DNA from: Macrostomum hystrix
Lineage: Eukaryota; Animalia; Platyhelminthes
NCBI GenBank assembly: GCA_950097015.1
Contig: CATNEN010000038.1
Span: forward strand, 14,508,001 to 14,572,000
Direction: 5' to 3'
Length of the DNA stretch: 64,000 bases
This document shows positions 12,949 through 26,400 of the stretch, piece by piece. A program made the translations under genes and the position numbers. Position 1 is the stretch's first letter, and each line of letters starts with the position of its first letter. The notes beneath the pieces were generated by a model. The model was not told where the DNA came from, made no database searches, and worked only from the letters and a program-made list of their open reading frames with translations.

Positions 12949-14446
12949 TTTCTTTGATTTTTATTTTTTCTTTAGATTCAATTCGGATTCGGATTAATAA
13001 TTTGTCTGACTGTAAAAAATAGCAATCGATTGATTTGTAAATTTGAAACAGGAAATATTCTACCGTCTTTTAGAAGGCCGGCCAAGTAAAATATACGGAC
13101 TCGGATTGATAATAAGAGAGAGTGAGACAGACACTAGTTTGGGTGGGTCTTGACCCACCCATGAGAACTGCTCAGTGGTAAAGAAATGCGCACACACCCA
13201 CCCACCAAACTGTAGCTACTGCCCATTTGCACAATGGATCAAATTAACCATACTCTTCTTTATATGTGTTTCTTCCATTCTTTCTTTTTAAGTAGAGAGT
13301 AGTATAAATACCAACTAGCTAGAGAAGCTATGCTCACAAAGAAGAAACTAATATGGGGAATGGGTGCGACTCAATCTGTATCAGCCTAAAATTATTATAG
13401 ATTATTTCCTAAATTTATCATTTACAACGCAAATAGATCTACTTACAGTAGCTTGTATGAGTATAAAATAAGAGGTACATAAAAATTAACAAAAACCACG
13501 ACGACTTTGCTTACAAAGTAACGGACTAAGAGTACAGGAACAGTTTATTTCTGTTTGACAACTTATAAACAAACCAATGACATTTAAAAACTATAAAAAT
13601 ATATTGCACACAATATAAAACGTTTTGAGTGCACCGCTTCGACCGAAATAAATGGTATCGCAGGAGGAATCGGCCGAAAAAACTATCAGAAGATTTCATT
13701 TAAGAAAAAGAGCAAATAAGCACTAGAAACTTGTTCTTGAATTTGAGCAGTATTTTTTATTTCTCTGTTTAGAAAGTAAAAAAATTGACTGGCTTTATTG
13801 CCGACTTCGGCAGTTTCCAGTTTTGGAATCGCCTGACGTCAACGTGTGAACAGAACAGTTCATTTTGGAAATTCATTCATCTAGGCAGTATTTGAGGGCG
13901 CATTTTAATCTTAAAATGAAAATAAAATACAGGTCATGAGCGATTGAGCACTAGTATAGACACTGGAATAAAAAACGTAAGTAGTATGCCATGCGTATTC
14001 GATCAGAATATTGCCAACAAAAATATTATTATAATGTCGCACCAGTTAGAAAAACATCAACAGGAATATTTCTGCGCCTAATATTGTTGAAATAATAATC
14101 TTCTTTGTCTAATATACTCTACTCTTAACTCCCCTATCTTATCTCTGCCCTGTCTTCTCTCCCCTGTCTCATCTCTTCTTTTCTTTATCTCTTCCTGTCT
14201 TATCTCTCCGAGTCTTATCCGCATTTTCTCTCCTGTGTCTCTTCTCTCTCGTGTTATGTCTCGCCTGTCTCATCTATGACCTGTTAATCTGACCTGTTAA
14301 TCTGACCTGTTAATCTGACCTGTTGTCGTAATTTTCGTATTTTGCGATTAACATACGAACCAAAAAGCAAAAAAAGCAAAAAATAACATAAAAAGACATG
14401 AACACAGTCAATCTACATCACAGCACTAAGAGCGCATTTCATAATA

Positions 14447-17400
14447 TCAGGCTTTCTGCTCAGACTCAAATCCTTGATTGACACGAGCGGCACTGGAGAC
14501 CGCAGTCACATAGACTGGATCATGACCGTTGCTATCATCACCTTTGTCATTGTCTGCTTCGATATGAAAAAAAAACAGCAAAATATTTTATATTTCGTCG
14601 AAAAATACATGATTAGAAAACATAAAAAGTTCACTCACCAGCTATGAAACTAATACGCATGTTATTCTTAACAAAGAGTTGCAGAAATCTATAGATGAAG
14701 GCGTACTGATGCTGGAAATTTATGAAAATGATTTATTAATGCTGGCAATAATAAGACGAATAATGTTTAGAATGACTGGAGGTGGATGACAGCACAGGTG
14801 TGGAGTGACTGGAGGTGGATGACAGCACAGGTGTGGAGTGACAGGAGGTGGATGACAGCACAGGTGTGGAGTGACAGGAGGTGGGTGACAGCACAGGTGT
14901 GGAGTGACAGGAGGTGGGTGACAGCACAGGTGTGGAGTGACTGGAGGTGGATGACAGCACAGGTGTGGAGTGACAGGAGGTGGGTGACAGCACAGGTGTG
15001 GAGTGACAGGAGGTGGGTGACAGCACAGGTGTGGAGTGACAGGAGGTGGATGACAGCACAGGTGTGGAGTGACTGGAGGTGGATGACAGCACAGGTGTGG
15101 AGTGACTGGAGGTGGATGACAGCACAGGTGTGGAGTGACAGGAGGTGGGTGACAGCACAGGTGTGGAGTGACAGGAGGTGGGTGACAGCACAGGTGTGGA
15201 GTGACAGGAGGTGGGTGACAGCACAGGTGTTGAGTGACAGGAGGTGGCTGACAGCACAGGTGTGGAGTGACTGGAGGTGGCTGACAGCAAAGGTGTGGAG
15301 TGACTGGAGGTGGATGACAGCACAGGGGTGGAGTGACTGGAGGTGGATGACAGCACAGGTGTGGAGTGACTGGAGGTGGATGACAGCACAGGTGTGGAGT
15401 GACAGGAGGTGGATGACAGCACAGGTGTGGAGTGACAGGAGGTGGATGACAGCACAGGTGTGGAGTGACTGGAGGTGGATGACAGCACAGGTGTGGAGTG
15501 ACTGGAGGTGGATGACAGCACAGGTGTGGAGTGACAGGAGGTGGGTGACAGCACAGGTGTGGAGTGACAGGAGGTGGGTGACAGCACAGGTGTGGAGTGA
15601 CAGGAGGTGGGTGACAGCACAGGTGTTGAGTGACAGGAGGTGGCTGACAGCACAGGTGTGGAGTGACTGGAGGTGGCTGACAGCAAAGGTGTGGAGTGAC
15701 TGGAGGTGGATGACAGCACAGGGGTGGAGTGACTGGAGGTGGATGACAGCACAGGTGTGGAGTGACTGGAGGTGGATGACAGCACAGGTGTGGAGTGACT
15801 GGAGGTAGCTGACAGCACAGGTGTGGAGTAACATGATATGCCTACCTTGGTCTGGACCATGTCAACGCGGCATTTCCGCAGCTGCAGCACGGTGTCATAG
15901 ACACTGACCAGGCTGTTTAGGCCGCTCTCGCCCAGGTCCTGGCATTCCTGCAGCCGTCTGGCCAGCATGTCCATGGCGATAAAGGTGCCGGTGCGGCCAA
16001 CGCCGGCGCTGCAGTGGACCACAATGGGACCGCCGCCGCTGCATTTCTGCATAGAGTGCACCAGACTTAGGAAGTTAGCCAGATCCTCCAGATTAGGCAC
16101 CGCGTGATCCTCCCAGGCCACATACTGCAACAGCGTAGTTTCCATTTGATTGGTTGCAGACTTAGTCGAGCCCTGATTGGCTCTCAGGCGGAGGTTCCGA
16201 ATAAAATAAGTGCCGCAGTTCTCCTGCCCAGTCAGGGTCACTTCGAGGCCGCAGTCCAGGTTGATGCTGTCACCTTCGCTGGTGGGCCAGTACTGCTCGC
16301 ATTTGGCCTGGATAGAATGCGACAGTGATATTAGCGAATCAAGTGAGAAGGATTTTAACGGATTTAGTTAACGAAGAACTACAAGACAGTAACGCATATT
16401 TACTGGAACTTCGCTAACCGACTAAGAATTCTAACAAAAGTTCAATCATGTTTTTTTAACGGAAGTTAGTTAACGAACCGGTTTTCCATCTCGAGAATTT
16501 CTAACGGAGGTTTGTAACAAACCAGTTTTCTACCACGAGAATTTCTAACGGAAGTTTCTTAATGAACCGATTTTCTACCACGAGAATTTCTAACGGAAGT
16601 TTTTTAATGAACCGCTTTTCTACCACGTGAATTTCTAACGGAAGTTTGTTAACGAACCAGTTTTATACCAGTAGTTTTTTTAACGGAAGTCTGTTAACGA
16701 ACCGGTTTCCTGCTACGAGAATGTCCAACGAAAGTTTTTTAACGGAAGTTTAACCTACTAGAATAACTTTAAATGAAAGTTTGTTAACGTACAGATTTTT
16801 TGATATGATACTACGTATGAACTAACGATCATTCTACCAGATAGATTTTGTTAAAGTTGCTTGTATTTTACCGAAAGAAACTATTAGCCTTTCACATGAA
16901 TTGTAACGGAAGTTTTTTAACGGAGGTTTTTTAACGTACTCAATTTTTTACCAATTAGATTTCTAAGGGAAGTTTGTTAACTCACCTTGCCCTTCTCAAC
17001 GCACTCTGTGAGCATAACAATGACCGGCACGGACTGTTCCCAGATCATCTGCCAGTGGTCATTCACAGTACTTGGTCGCGGTCCCTGGCAGGCAATGAAG
17101 CCCGGTCGATCCGCGCTGTCGTACAGACCGCTGACGAAGCTGGCGTTGATGTAGTCACTGTCGCCGCTGAGTCGGACCCGATTAGAATCGTACGGCAGGA
17201 TGTTGATGTAGCGATTCTTCTCACGATTCTCCTCAATCAGGCCGTCACCAGTGCTCAGGCTTCTGGTTAGCTGAGCAGCCTTAGTCTTCAGTTGGGCGTA
17301 CTGCTGATCGCACAGGGAGGCAGCGTCGGCCAACATCCTGGCGGCGTAGGCCAGGAAATCGCTGACTCGCACCGACACCGCCGGCGGAGGCTCAGCTAGC

Positions 17401-20400
17401 GGCAGCGGCGCCGGTGCAGACGGTATTGAAGACCTTCAATTGTGGCGATAAAATAAAAGCGGGCTTAAAAGTAAATATAATAACTGTAACAATTATTGAT
17501 TCCACCTGCCCCAACTGGGCCAGAAGTGCAGCCGACACACCCACCCTCAACTACCACCAGCTAATGCTGGTACCCATTTAACAGCTGGGTGAACTGAAGC
17601 AATGCAGAGTTAAGTGTCTTGCTAAAGGACACAAATTGTTCTATTGGAGTCGGGAATCGAACCCCCGACCTATAAGTCGTGAGTCCGACCAGTTGGGCCA
17701 GATGTACAGCTGTTCAGTCCATGGACTGGGGAGCATCGCATCCACCCTAGTTTCTATCTTCCTTGCTCAAAGACAACAAATTGATTCCCTTCGGTGGAGA
17801 TTCGAACCCATGGCGTCTCGGTGAGAAGTTCAAAGCTTTAAATACTTCCCTGTTTAAAAATCCGTTAAATTAATTTAGCCATACAATTTATTTTAGCACC
17901 TTACATAGGAATATTATTAGAAGATGTAGGAGGCCGAATTGCTTCCGCATTTGGCGACGGCGTTGACTGTGTTGCTGTCGGCGTTTGGTTCGGCGAGCTG
18001 AAAGAAAATGAAAGATTTAAGAACATGTGATTACTCAAACTTGCAAAAAATTACAGCATCGTAATTAGCTTCACGACAAACAAAAATATACCAAAAAAAC
18101 ACAAGCATAAATATAATCAGATTGTTATTGCCCAATATGACAATTATTAAACACTTTTAAGGCCAACAAAAACACCATCACACCGTCACAGCAAAAAATA
18201 TTACTTGAACAACTACTATGCAAAAGGGGGGTGAGTAACGCGTTGACCGTTTGCCTTTCGCACCAAGGTCCCTGAGTTCGATTCCGCGGTGAGGCCGCAT
18301 TCATTTGGGGCGCAGCCGCTGAGAGAAGGCTTGGGGACTTGTCGTGCAATTGAGGGCCAACCTCCAAGGCACAGTGAGAGTGTACACTGCCTGACGATGA
18401 GAAAGTCAGGGCAGATGAACACACCACGGATACTGTACGTGTCTTCGTACAGTATCTGTGTGCGTGTGTGCTCAGGAGTCAGCGAAAGGGGCCGAATAGC
18501 CTCATAATTAGTGTCAGCAAATGATTTGCATGTTGTGTACATTTATTGAGTAAAAAATACCAAGCTTGAAATATTGCTGATTAAGAAAACACTTTAGATA
18601 TTGAGCTTTACAAAGTCTCGAACAAAAATGATTAACAAACTTACTTATTTCGTAATAGCTGAATTTCGTCACTACTAAGCAGAAAAGTACAGCACGAGAA
18701 TGATTAATATATTTAATTTAGAACAATAAAAGTGTGTTCTATTATGCTTAATAACATGAATTTAATAAATTTAATAAAATACAATTGAAAATGAACTGTA
18801 AATATCATATTTACAGTTAAACCATTAAACTGTAACCATTAAACATCTCAGCTTTCCCATCACCATGGAACAGATTTTTCACATATATCTGAAGTTGCAA
18901 GTAAGAATTAAAATAACATTTATTAGTCAACTTCGAACAAGCGAAGCAGCAGCAGCAGCTGTGCAAAGATTAAACAAAATAATTTATTAAGAACTCTGGG
19001 ATTTTTGCACCATTGTAGAGCAGCGTGAGTTTATCGTTTTTTGTCTAAAATAATTTCAAGGAAATATTTTCGAACATGTCTCATTATCTTTAAAAACTTT
19101 TCTACGTTTTGCACGAAAAACATCGTATTTAATTAAAAAAATAGTAACGAAACACACCACAAAAATCAAATAGATTAGGCCAGCAATCACACAAAAAATG
19201 AATCAAAACTTTAATCTAGCGCAAGCCGTACCTGATGCGTCGACGATTCCAAATAAACAGCAGCATGCCAGCAACCATTGCCATGACAACCACCACCGAC
19301 ACTACAATGGCCACCACAAGTGTCACATTGCCGCCACCGCCGCCGCCTCTGGATGTGGTGAATCTGAGCTCGCTCCGAGCACCTGACACAGTCTGGCTGA
19401 CAGGTGTCACTCGCACAGTGTACTCTGTGCCTGCCTGCAGCTGCTGCAGCATCACGGACAGCAGAGGAGCGGACTCATTGCTGCTCGCCTTCTCAATCTG
19501 CAACTCGCCAGTTCGGACAGAGCTGCACTCTTCAGCGAGTCTGCTCACAATGTCCTCGGTGCTGCAGCTGGGCAGCTGGCAGCTGGCTGCGGTCGAGTTC
19601 AGCACCTGCAGCTGCGAGCACTCGGACGGCGAGACCCACACCTGGGAGAGGAGGCGAGGAGACAGGTCGAGAGGGAAAATCTTGATACCTACGGCTGCGT
19701 ACGGCTGTTCAGTCCATGGACTGGGGGGACGACACACCCAAATTCAATTTCCCCACCTAATGCCAACACTTATTTAATTGCTGAGTTAATTGCAGCAATG
19801 TAGAGTTAAGTGTCTTGCTAAATGACACGAAGTGTTTTAGTGGAGTCGGGAATCGAACCCCCGACCTTCGAGTCGCGAGTCCGACGCTCTGACGCCTAGG
19901 CTACAAGCCCCTTAAAAGTATCTAAGTTCTAAACGGTTGGGATATTATTTATTCTGGTGTTATACACGCAACACCGGACAGGTTTTGCTTGCTTTAGTAT
20001 CCATGCAATTAGCCATTTATCAACGTAAAAAAAATACGCTTTAACGAGTACTTTTGACCATAGATTCTTTTTTGTAGGGAACAATACGATTGAAATTTCA
20101 AAAAATGCCATACGCACATACGAAAGCTTATACACACACAGGCACAGTAGGCATATTGTGCCCCCAAAGCCCTTATCCACAGACTAGACTACTGACCACA
20201 AGCTAGCAACTAGCAACAGCCATGAAAATGAAAAAGCTACTCATTACCTATTCCTCCTGTTTACCCCACATATGCTCACAGATTAAGGACATTAAAAACT
20301 ACAATATACAACTGTCTACCATGATCACACAAGAACGGAAAGTCTAATTCAGAGGCTAACGCATTGACCTCATATGAAAATATGGCATATAGTTCTAATT

Positions 20401-23400
20401 GAATCAGTTTGTTATGCTAACTGATTAAAACACTTTTAGATTAGGACATTTATAGAGACACGCGGATACAGAAAAATAGTGCTAATGCTAAGGTAATCTT
20501 TCAGAGTAAAGACTGAAGCAGTGAGTCGTTTTATCTGTAGGGCTGGTCACAGCCAGCGGCCAACGAAATCAAGCCAGTTTTAGGCTAGCCAACGCCCAAT
20601 GCAAACATATAGAGCTGGGAATTCTCAGCCCGCACTGGCCGCCTGTCTCACCCGTATGAGCTGAGCACAGATACTATCGCAACTTGGCGTGAGAACGCTA
20701 ACAGCTGGCAGCAACTGGGTGGGGGGGTGGCATGCGCTGGGAACACAGGGCGAATGTCAGCTGGATGCCAAGCCTCACCTGCACTGCGATGGCCATCAGC
20801 TGCCCGTTGAGCAGCTCGGGCTCCTGGAACTCCACCAGCGCCTCCGTCTGCTGCGCCGTCGCTCGGAGGCTGCGGACGGGTCCGCTGGGAGCCTCCGGAC
20901 TGCGGAAGGCGACGGTGATGGCGGCGCCGAGTCCCGCAAGGTTCACGGGCCACAGGGTGGCGTTGTACTCGGTCCAGGGTAGCAATGAGCTGGAGCTGAC
21001 GGGAACCTCCAGAGCCAACCGGCTGTCGCCAATGGAGAAGGCCTGCAGTGGGACGGGCTGTCCGCAGTCGCTCGTCAGCTGCTCGAGTCGCTGCAGGGCC
21101 TCAGATGGAAGCTGCTGTCGATGCCGCCCGCAGTCGGAGCAGTTCAGCATCCGAGCAGTCGCGCAGCCGCCGACACCGTCTATCCGCAACACGTACTCGA
21201 ACACAACGCCCCGACCTTCAACAGGATTCATTGTCGTCCAGTTGAAGCCGACGCTGCGTCCCGGCACTGGCAGCGTGAGCAGATCGGACACCGCCCTCGA
21301 TGCTCCGTCAGGAAGTCGCCGTACAGCTCTGTCGCTGCAGTCGCCGCAGCCGCCTCCCGTGCAGGCGCAGACGCGGCAGAAGTACACGTGGCCAGGCAGC
21401 GGTGACTGCAGCAGCTGCAGTCTTGTCTGGTGTCCAGGTGCTACTTTGGTGTCTCTGAGCAGTTCAGCGCCGCTCACGAAGTCCAGCAGGCCCCAGACGG
21501 CCGAGTAGTTCCGAATGACGCCGTTCAGCTCCGAGGGCGGCTGCCAGTCGCACAGCAGCCTCTCGGGCAATGACTCGACGCTGAGCCTCACCGACTTTGG
21601 CGGCGTCGGAGCGTCCTCCAGGGTCTGAATGAGCAACAACAGCGGCAGAGAAGGCAGGGCTGAATACACCGCCACAGACTTTACAGTGTAGTTTGAGTAG
21701 GGTCGCAGTGTCTCGAACCTGACGGTGCAGTTTTTGCTGCTGGGGTCCGGGAGGCAGCTGGCCGAGATCTCAGAGCCAGTCTGGACGGTCGCTCTCAGTT
21801 CATTGGAGCTAGAGCTGGCAGTCAGAGTCACATCGATGGCACGCTTGTCCGCAGTCAGCGACATCAGTGGCCTCTTTGGTGCTAAGGTGTGAGAGGTGTT
21901 ACAAGAGGCCATGCAGCATGCAGCATGCAGCGGTTGCTGTGGCAACCAGCAGCCATGAGACCAGATTTACAATATTTCACAAAATCCAAAGGAAGCCCTA
22001 GAAATTCAACTTCCAATTAGCCCAGCACTCACGTGTGGCCAGGCCAGCAGCAATGGTCCGCTCCGGGCTCCTCTGAACGAGGTTTGACTTGTCGGCCACG
22101 GCGGTCACAGCCACTGTCACATTGCGCGAGAACAAGTCGGCCAAGCTGAGCTCATGCTGCAGCTGCTCAAACTGGACCTCTGTCTCCAGCTGGATGTCGC
22201 TTGCCGAGTCTCCTCCATCTGAGCTGGCTGAGCTCCGAGCTGTGAACACGAAACGGTCAGCGCCCTGCGCAGCGCTGGCGGTCCAGTTCAGCCGAAGAAC
22301 AACCTCGGCATGCGAGTCGTTCAGCGCCACCGAGTCTGCGACTGCGCCGAAGGTCGCCAGGTCAGAGCTGAGCAGCGGGACTGGGGAGGGCGGGCAAGAG
22401 AGCGGCTTTGGCAGTGAGCAGGAAACAGAGCTTGTCAATTCTTGGAGAATTGTGTACTCGTATAACAGAACAATTCAAAACATGTCACTTGGACGTGTTT
22501 TAATCAGCAAGTCTAGGAGGCAGTGTATTACGCAGAACAAATCAAAAGCCTTGATAAACAGCTCATGAGTCTGTGAGTGAGTTCACAGCACAGAACCCCT
22601 GAGGCTCCCCAGCGGTGCCAGACTACAATGGAAGGCAGGAGTAGACGAGGTTTGAGAATCTGGTCTCACCAGTGAGCTGAGTGTCCAGTTGGCTTATGAC
22701 TGTCTCGTAGCCGCCCGCCTTCCACACTGCCAAATCTAAGCTGTACACCTGACCAGGTGCCAGGGAGTCGCAGGTGGCGCTCGGCCTCGGTTCGTCTGTC
22801 AGCGAGACATTTCTGAGCACAGCTTCGTCAGCGGATCTGCGGCACCGCAGCTGGTAGGAAACTCGCTGAGTGACGGAAGCCAGCCAGCTGACTGAGATGG
22901 CCGTTGCATTCACAGAGTAGATTGCTGAGCTTGAGTTCACTGAGAACAGCTCTGCAATTCGAGTCAAGCAGTGTGTACTTTTAGAGCGCCTGATTCGACA
23001 GTGTGAGATGCTGCACTAAGGCAGCGATTCCACAGCCCAGCACTGAGCACGGACTCACTGGTCAGCTGTTCCGGCAGCTCCGTGAACGCATCTGGATAGT
23101 CGCCCCGCTTCTGCACAGCCACCCTGACGCTGAACTTTTCTCCTGACTGCAGCGAGTCGCAGGTGGCGAAGGGATCCGAGGATCTCACCTCCGTCACTGC
23201 GCCTGAGCCCTGCTGAGTGCAGGTCAACAGGTAGGAGACGTCTGTCGTGATGGACGGATTCCAGGACACGAAGAGTGAGGTCTGGCTCGAATTGAATCGA
23301 GCTGAGCTGGAGTCGATGGCGAACAGCTCTGCAATGGTCGCGGTGGAAAATCAAACTTGGAGAACTGCGTCAAGGCGTCAGCTGCAATGCAACATTGATC

Positions 23401-26400
23401 AGTCCGTGGACTCACTCGTGAGCGCTGGAGACAGCCGAGTGAAAGCATCCAGAAAGCCCTCCTTCTGCACAGCCACGCTCAGCTCGTAGACCTGTCCCGA
23501 CTGCAGCGAGGCGCAGGTGGCTGATGGGTCTGATGAGCTCACCTTGATGACGTCAGTGGAGCCGGATCGACTGCTGGTCAGCTCGTAAGTGACACCTGCT
23601 GTTTTGGAGGCCACCCATGTCACGGTGATGGCCGTCTGGTTAGCGGTGGCGTTTGCTGAGCTGGCTTCAATGGCAAACAGCTCTGCAATGGAGTGACATG
23701 GCATCTGCACTGTGAGCTGGTATCGCAGATTCAAATTCAGTATGAGCACATCATGAGCAGAGATCTTTTTTTTAAAGGGCTAGAACTTTAACAAATAAAT
23801 ATTCTGCTGAAACTGGTTTAAATTTGTGCTGTAAATATGTACGTGGTGCGCTCTGATTGGCTGAAGGGGTTTCTTGTTGACGAGTAGTTCATTGTAGCAT
23901 TAAAGTTTCTTTGTCGTGACGTTTTGCTCTGCTCTGGCTGATCTGATCTGGAGGAACGCTTTGCACGGCCCGTGACGTGACACTTAGTGCAGCTTATGAA
24001 GTATTTGCTTTAAGTCGAAAGAGTCCAATGCATTGGCAAAATATCAATGAAAATTGAGCCAAAAAAGAACTCACTCGTCAGCTGATTGGGCAGGTGAGTT
24101 ATAGCATTATCATAACCTCCTTTGAGCACAGTCACGCTGACTGCGTAGACCTGCCCAGACTCCAGCGAGTGGCAGGTGGCGAAGGAATCATTTGACGGCA
24201 CAGAGACATCATTGCAGTTCAGCTGGTAAGTGACACCTTCTGTTTGAGAGCCAGTCCATAACACGAAGATGGAGGTCTCAGTGATATTGAAAACTGCTGA
24301 GCTGGCGTCTATGGCGAAAAGTTCTAAAATGGCCGGTCGGGAAATTCATTACATTTACATACATAATGTAATATAATAATAAAATAATGCAGGATGGCTG
24401 CGGGTAATTGCACATCATTTGGTGACACTAGACCTGCAGCCAGCGAGAAGGCACTTTTGCCCATTTCGCTGACTCCGGAGCACACACGCGCACAGATACT
24501 GTAATAAAAATCTACATTATTCGGTCCACCATCTACAAACTCACTGGTGAGCTGACTGCTGAGGCCGATGCTGACGTCATCGAAGCCGCCCTCCTTCCGC
24601 ACCGCCACGCTGAGCTCGTACACCTGGCCCGACTTCAGACGGCTGCAGGTGGCAAACAGATCCGTTGAGTTCACTTTGGTGACATCAGTGGTGCCAGGTA
24701 GGCTGCAGCTCAGCTCGTAAAATACATCCCTCGTTTGTGAGGCTTTCCATGTCGCTGTGATGGTAGTCTCAGTAGCTGTTGAGTTTGCTGATCTGGCGTC
24801 AATAGCCAACAGTTCTGAAATTGAGAACCAACTCATTCTGCACATTGCTTAAGGACACGATTCGTTTTACATTGAGCAGTTCGATTCATTTAGAGTTGTA
24901 CTCGAAAATGCTTATAACCATCTAAATATCTTTTCTTTATCAATTTAAGTTGGTAAGAGAATATGTTACCCTGACTGGACCAAAATGTCTGTTGGAAAAA
25001 CAAGTCGGCCTTACAAAACAGGCTTTTCAAATGCGCTACTTCACCTAGAAGCGGTTTTCCGATTGCTAAGAGAATGGCCGGTAGAAATGAAAGTTATTTA
25101 ATAAAACTCGGTGGAATTGAGCTAAAGTACTCACTCGTCAGCTGATTGGGCAAGCGGGTTACAGCGTCATGATAACCACCATTCTTCAGCACTGTCACGC
25201 TGATTACAAAGACCTGCCCAGACTCCAGCGAGTCACAGGTGGCGAACAAATGGTCAGTTGGCACTGAGACATCATTGCAGCTCAGCAGGTAAGTGACACC
25301 TTCTGTTGCGGAAGGAGCCCAGGACACGAAGATGGAGTTATCAGTAACATTAAACTCTGCTGAGCTAGCTTCTATAGCGAACAACTCTGGAATGGCAGTT
25401 CGGTTGGAATTGTTTATGAAGCATAACTCGCCCAGCAATATCTTAAATTCGCAAACAGAAACTTAAAATAATTTGTGGGCTAAAAATATACCACATTCAT
25501 CAGCTCAATTTAGATGCTGAGTTTACGGGCTAAAATATTTTTGAGGTTCGGTTTGAGGCCAAGCCAGCTTCGCTGTGGCTGCTCAGGTCACAGGCGTCAT
25601 GAACCACGTGAGACCATGCGGGACCATCATGACCAACATCGTGCCGATCCCGAAGGCCAGGACGACGCAGAAAGAAGAGCACTACGGGATCTCGCTGATC
25701 TCCTGTAGCGCAAAGTTATTCAACCGACTGCTTCTCGATCGTCTCCAGTCAGTGCTGGACCCCTAAACACGGAAAAGTTTCCGCTGCAGCGCCGTTCAGT
25801 GACCCCGATCATCGCTCTCATGTCATTGAGGAGGCGTGCATCCACCAGTAACGCTTAACATTTTGTCTTCATTGACTTCCGAAAGGCATTCCACGCAGTG
25901 CTGAGAGCCGCTCTACCTCATGCTTCGTGCCTACGGGGTGCGTGTGCTGTGGTGCAGTAAGAATTCCTGTTCGGGTGCTACAGGGTGAGATATTACCACC
26001 ACTTCTGTGCGTTCTGCCCCTGAATCAGGCCCTCTGCATCGGCTGATGACGGCTTCCTGCTGCGCAGGCGTCTTGGTTGCCGCCGCAACGAAAAGCGCTT
26101 CAGCGTGCTTGGCAACCCCGACGACCTCATCAGTTTGTTAAAGGCGCCCAACGCCAGATTTACAGGCTAGTCAAGGATGTAGCAAGTGCCGGCCTAGTCG
26201 TCGACGCGCTGATAACCGATTTGCTGACCTGACGCGTCGCGGCGCCGACTGGCAGACAAATAAGCTCGCTCGCTGCTAGAAGTTCACCGACCTCGACAGT
26301 CTGGTGCCCGACGTGGAAGACGACCTCACGCTGCGCATAGAACTCGTCTGGACGGCCTACCGGTCTAAAGTGTTTCCCGACCGCAGATGGCTGGGCTGTG

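Noticed and set aside
14767-15834. 340-355 aa repeat ORFs
   Set aside because: Artefacts of the 33-bp intronic repeat.
18388-18415. CTGACGA…GAAAGTC in SINE A resembling a hammerhead core
   Set aside because: No room for helices II and III, and CTGAC pairs with GTCAG as a plain hairpin.
20732-21508. Long antisense ORFs over FN3 exons (also 56649-57407, 22089-22568, 19235-19777)
   Set aside because: Shadow frames of GC-rich coding exons.
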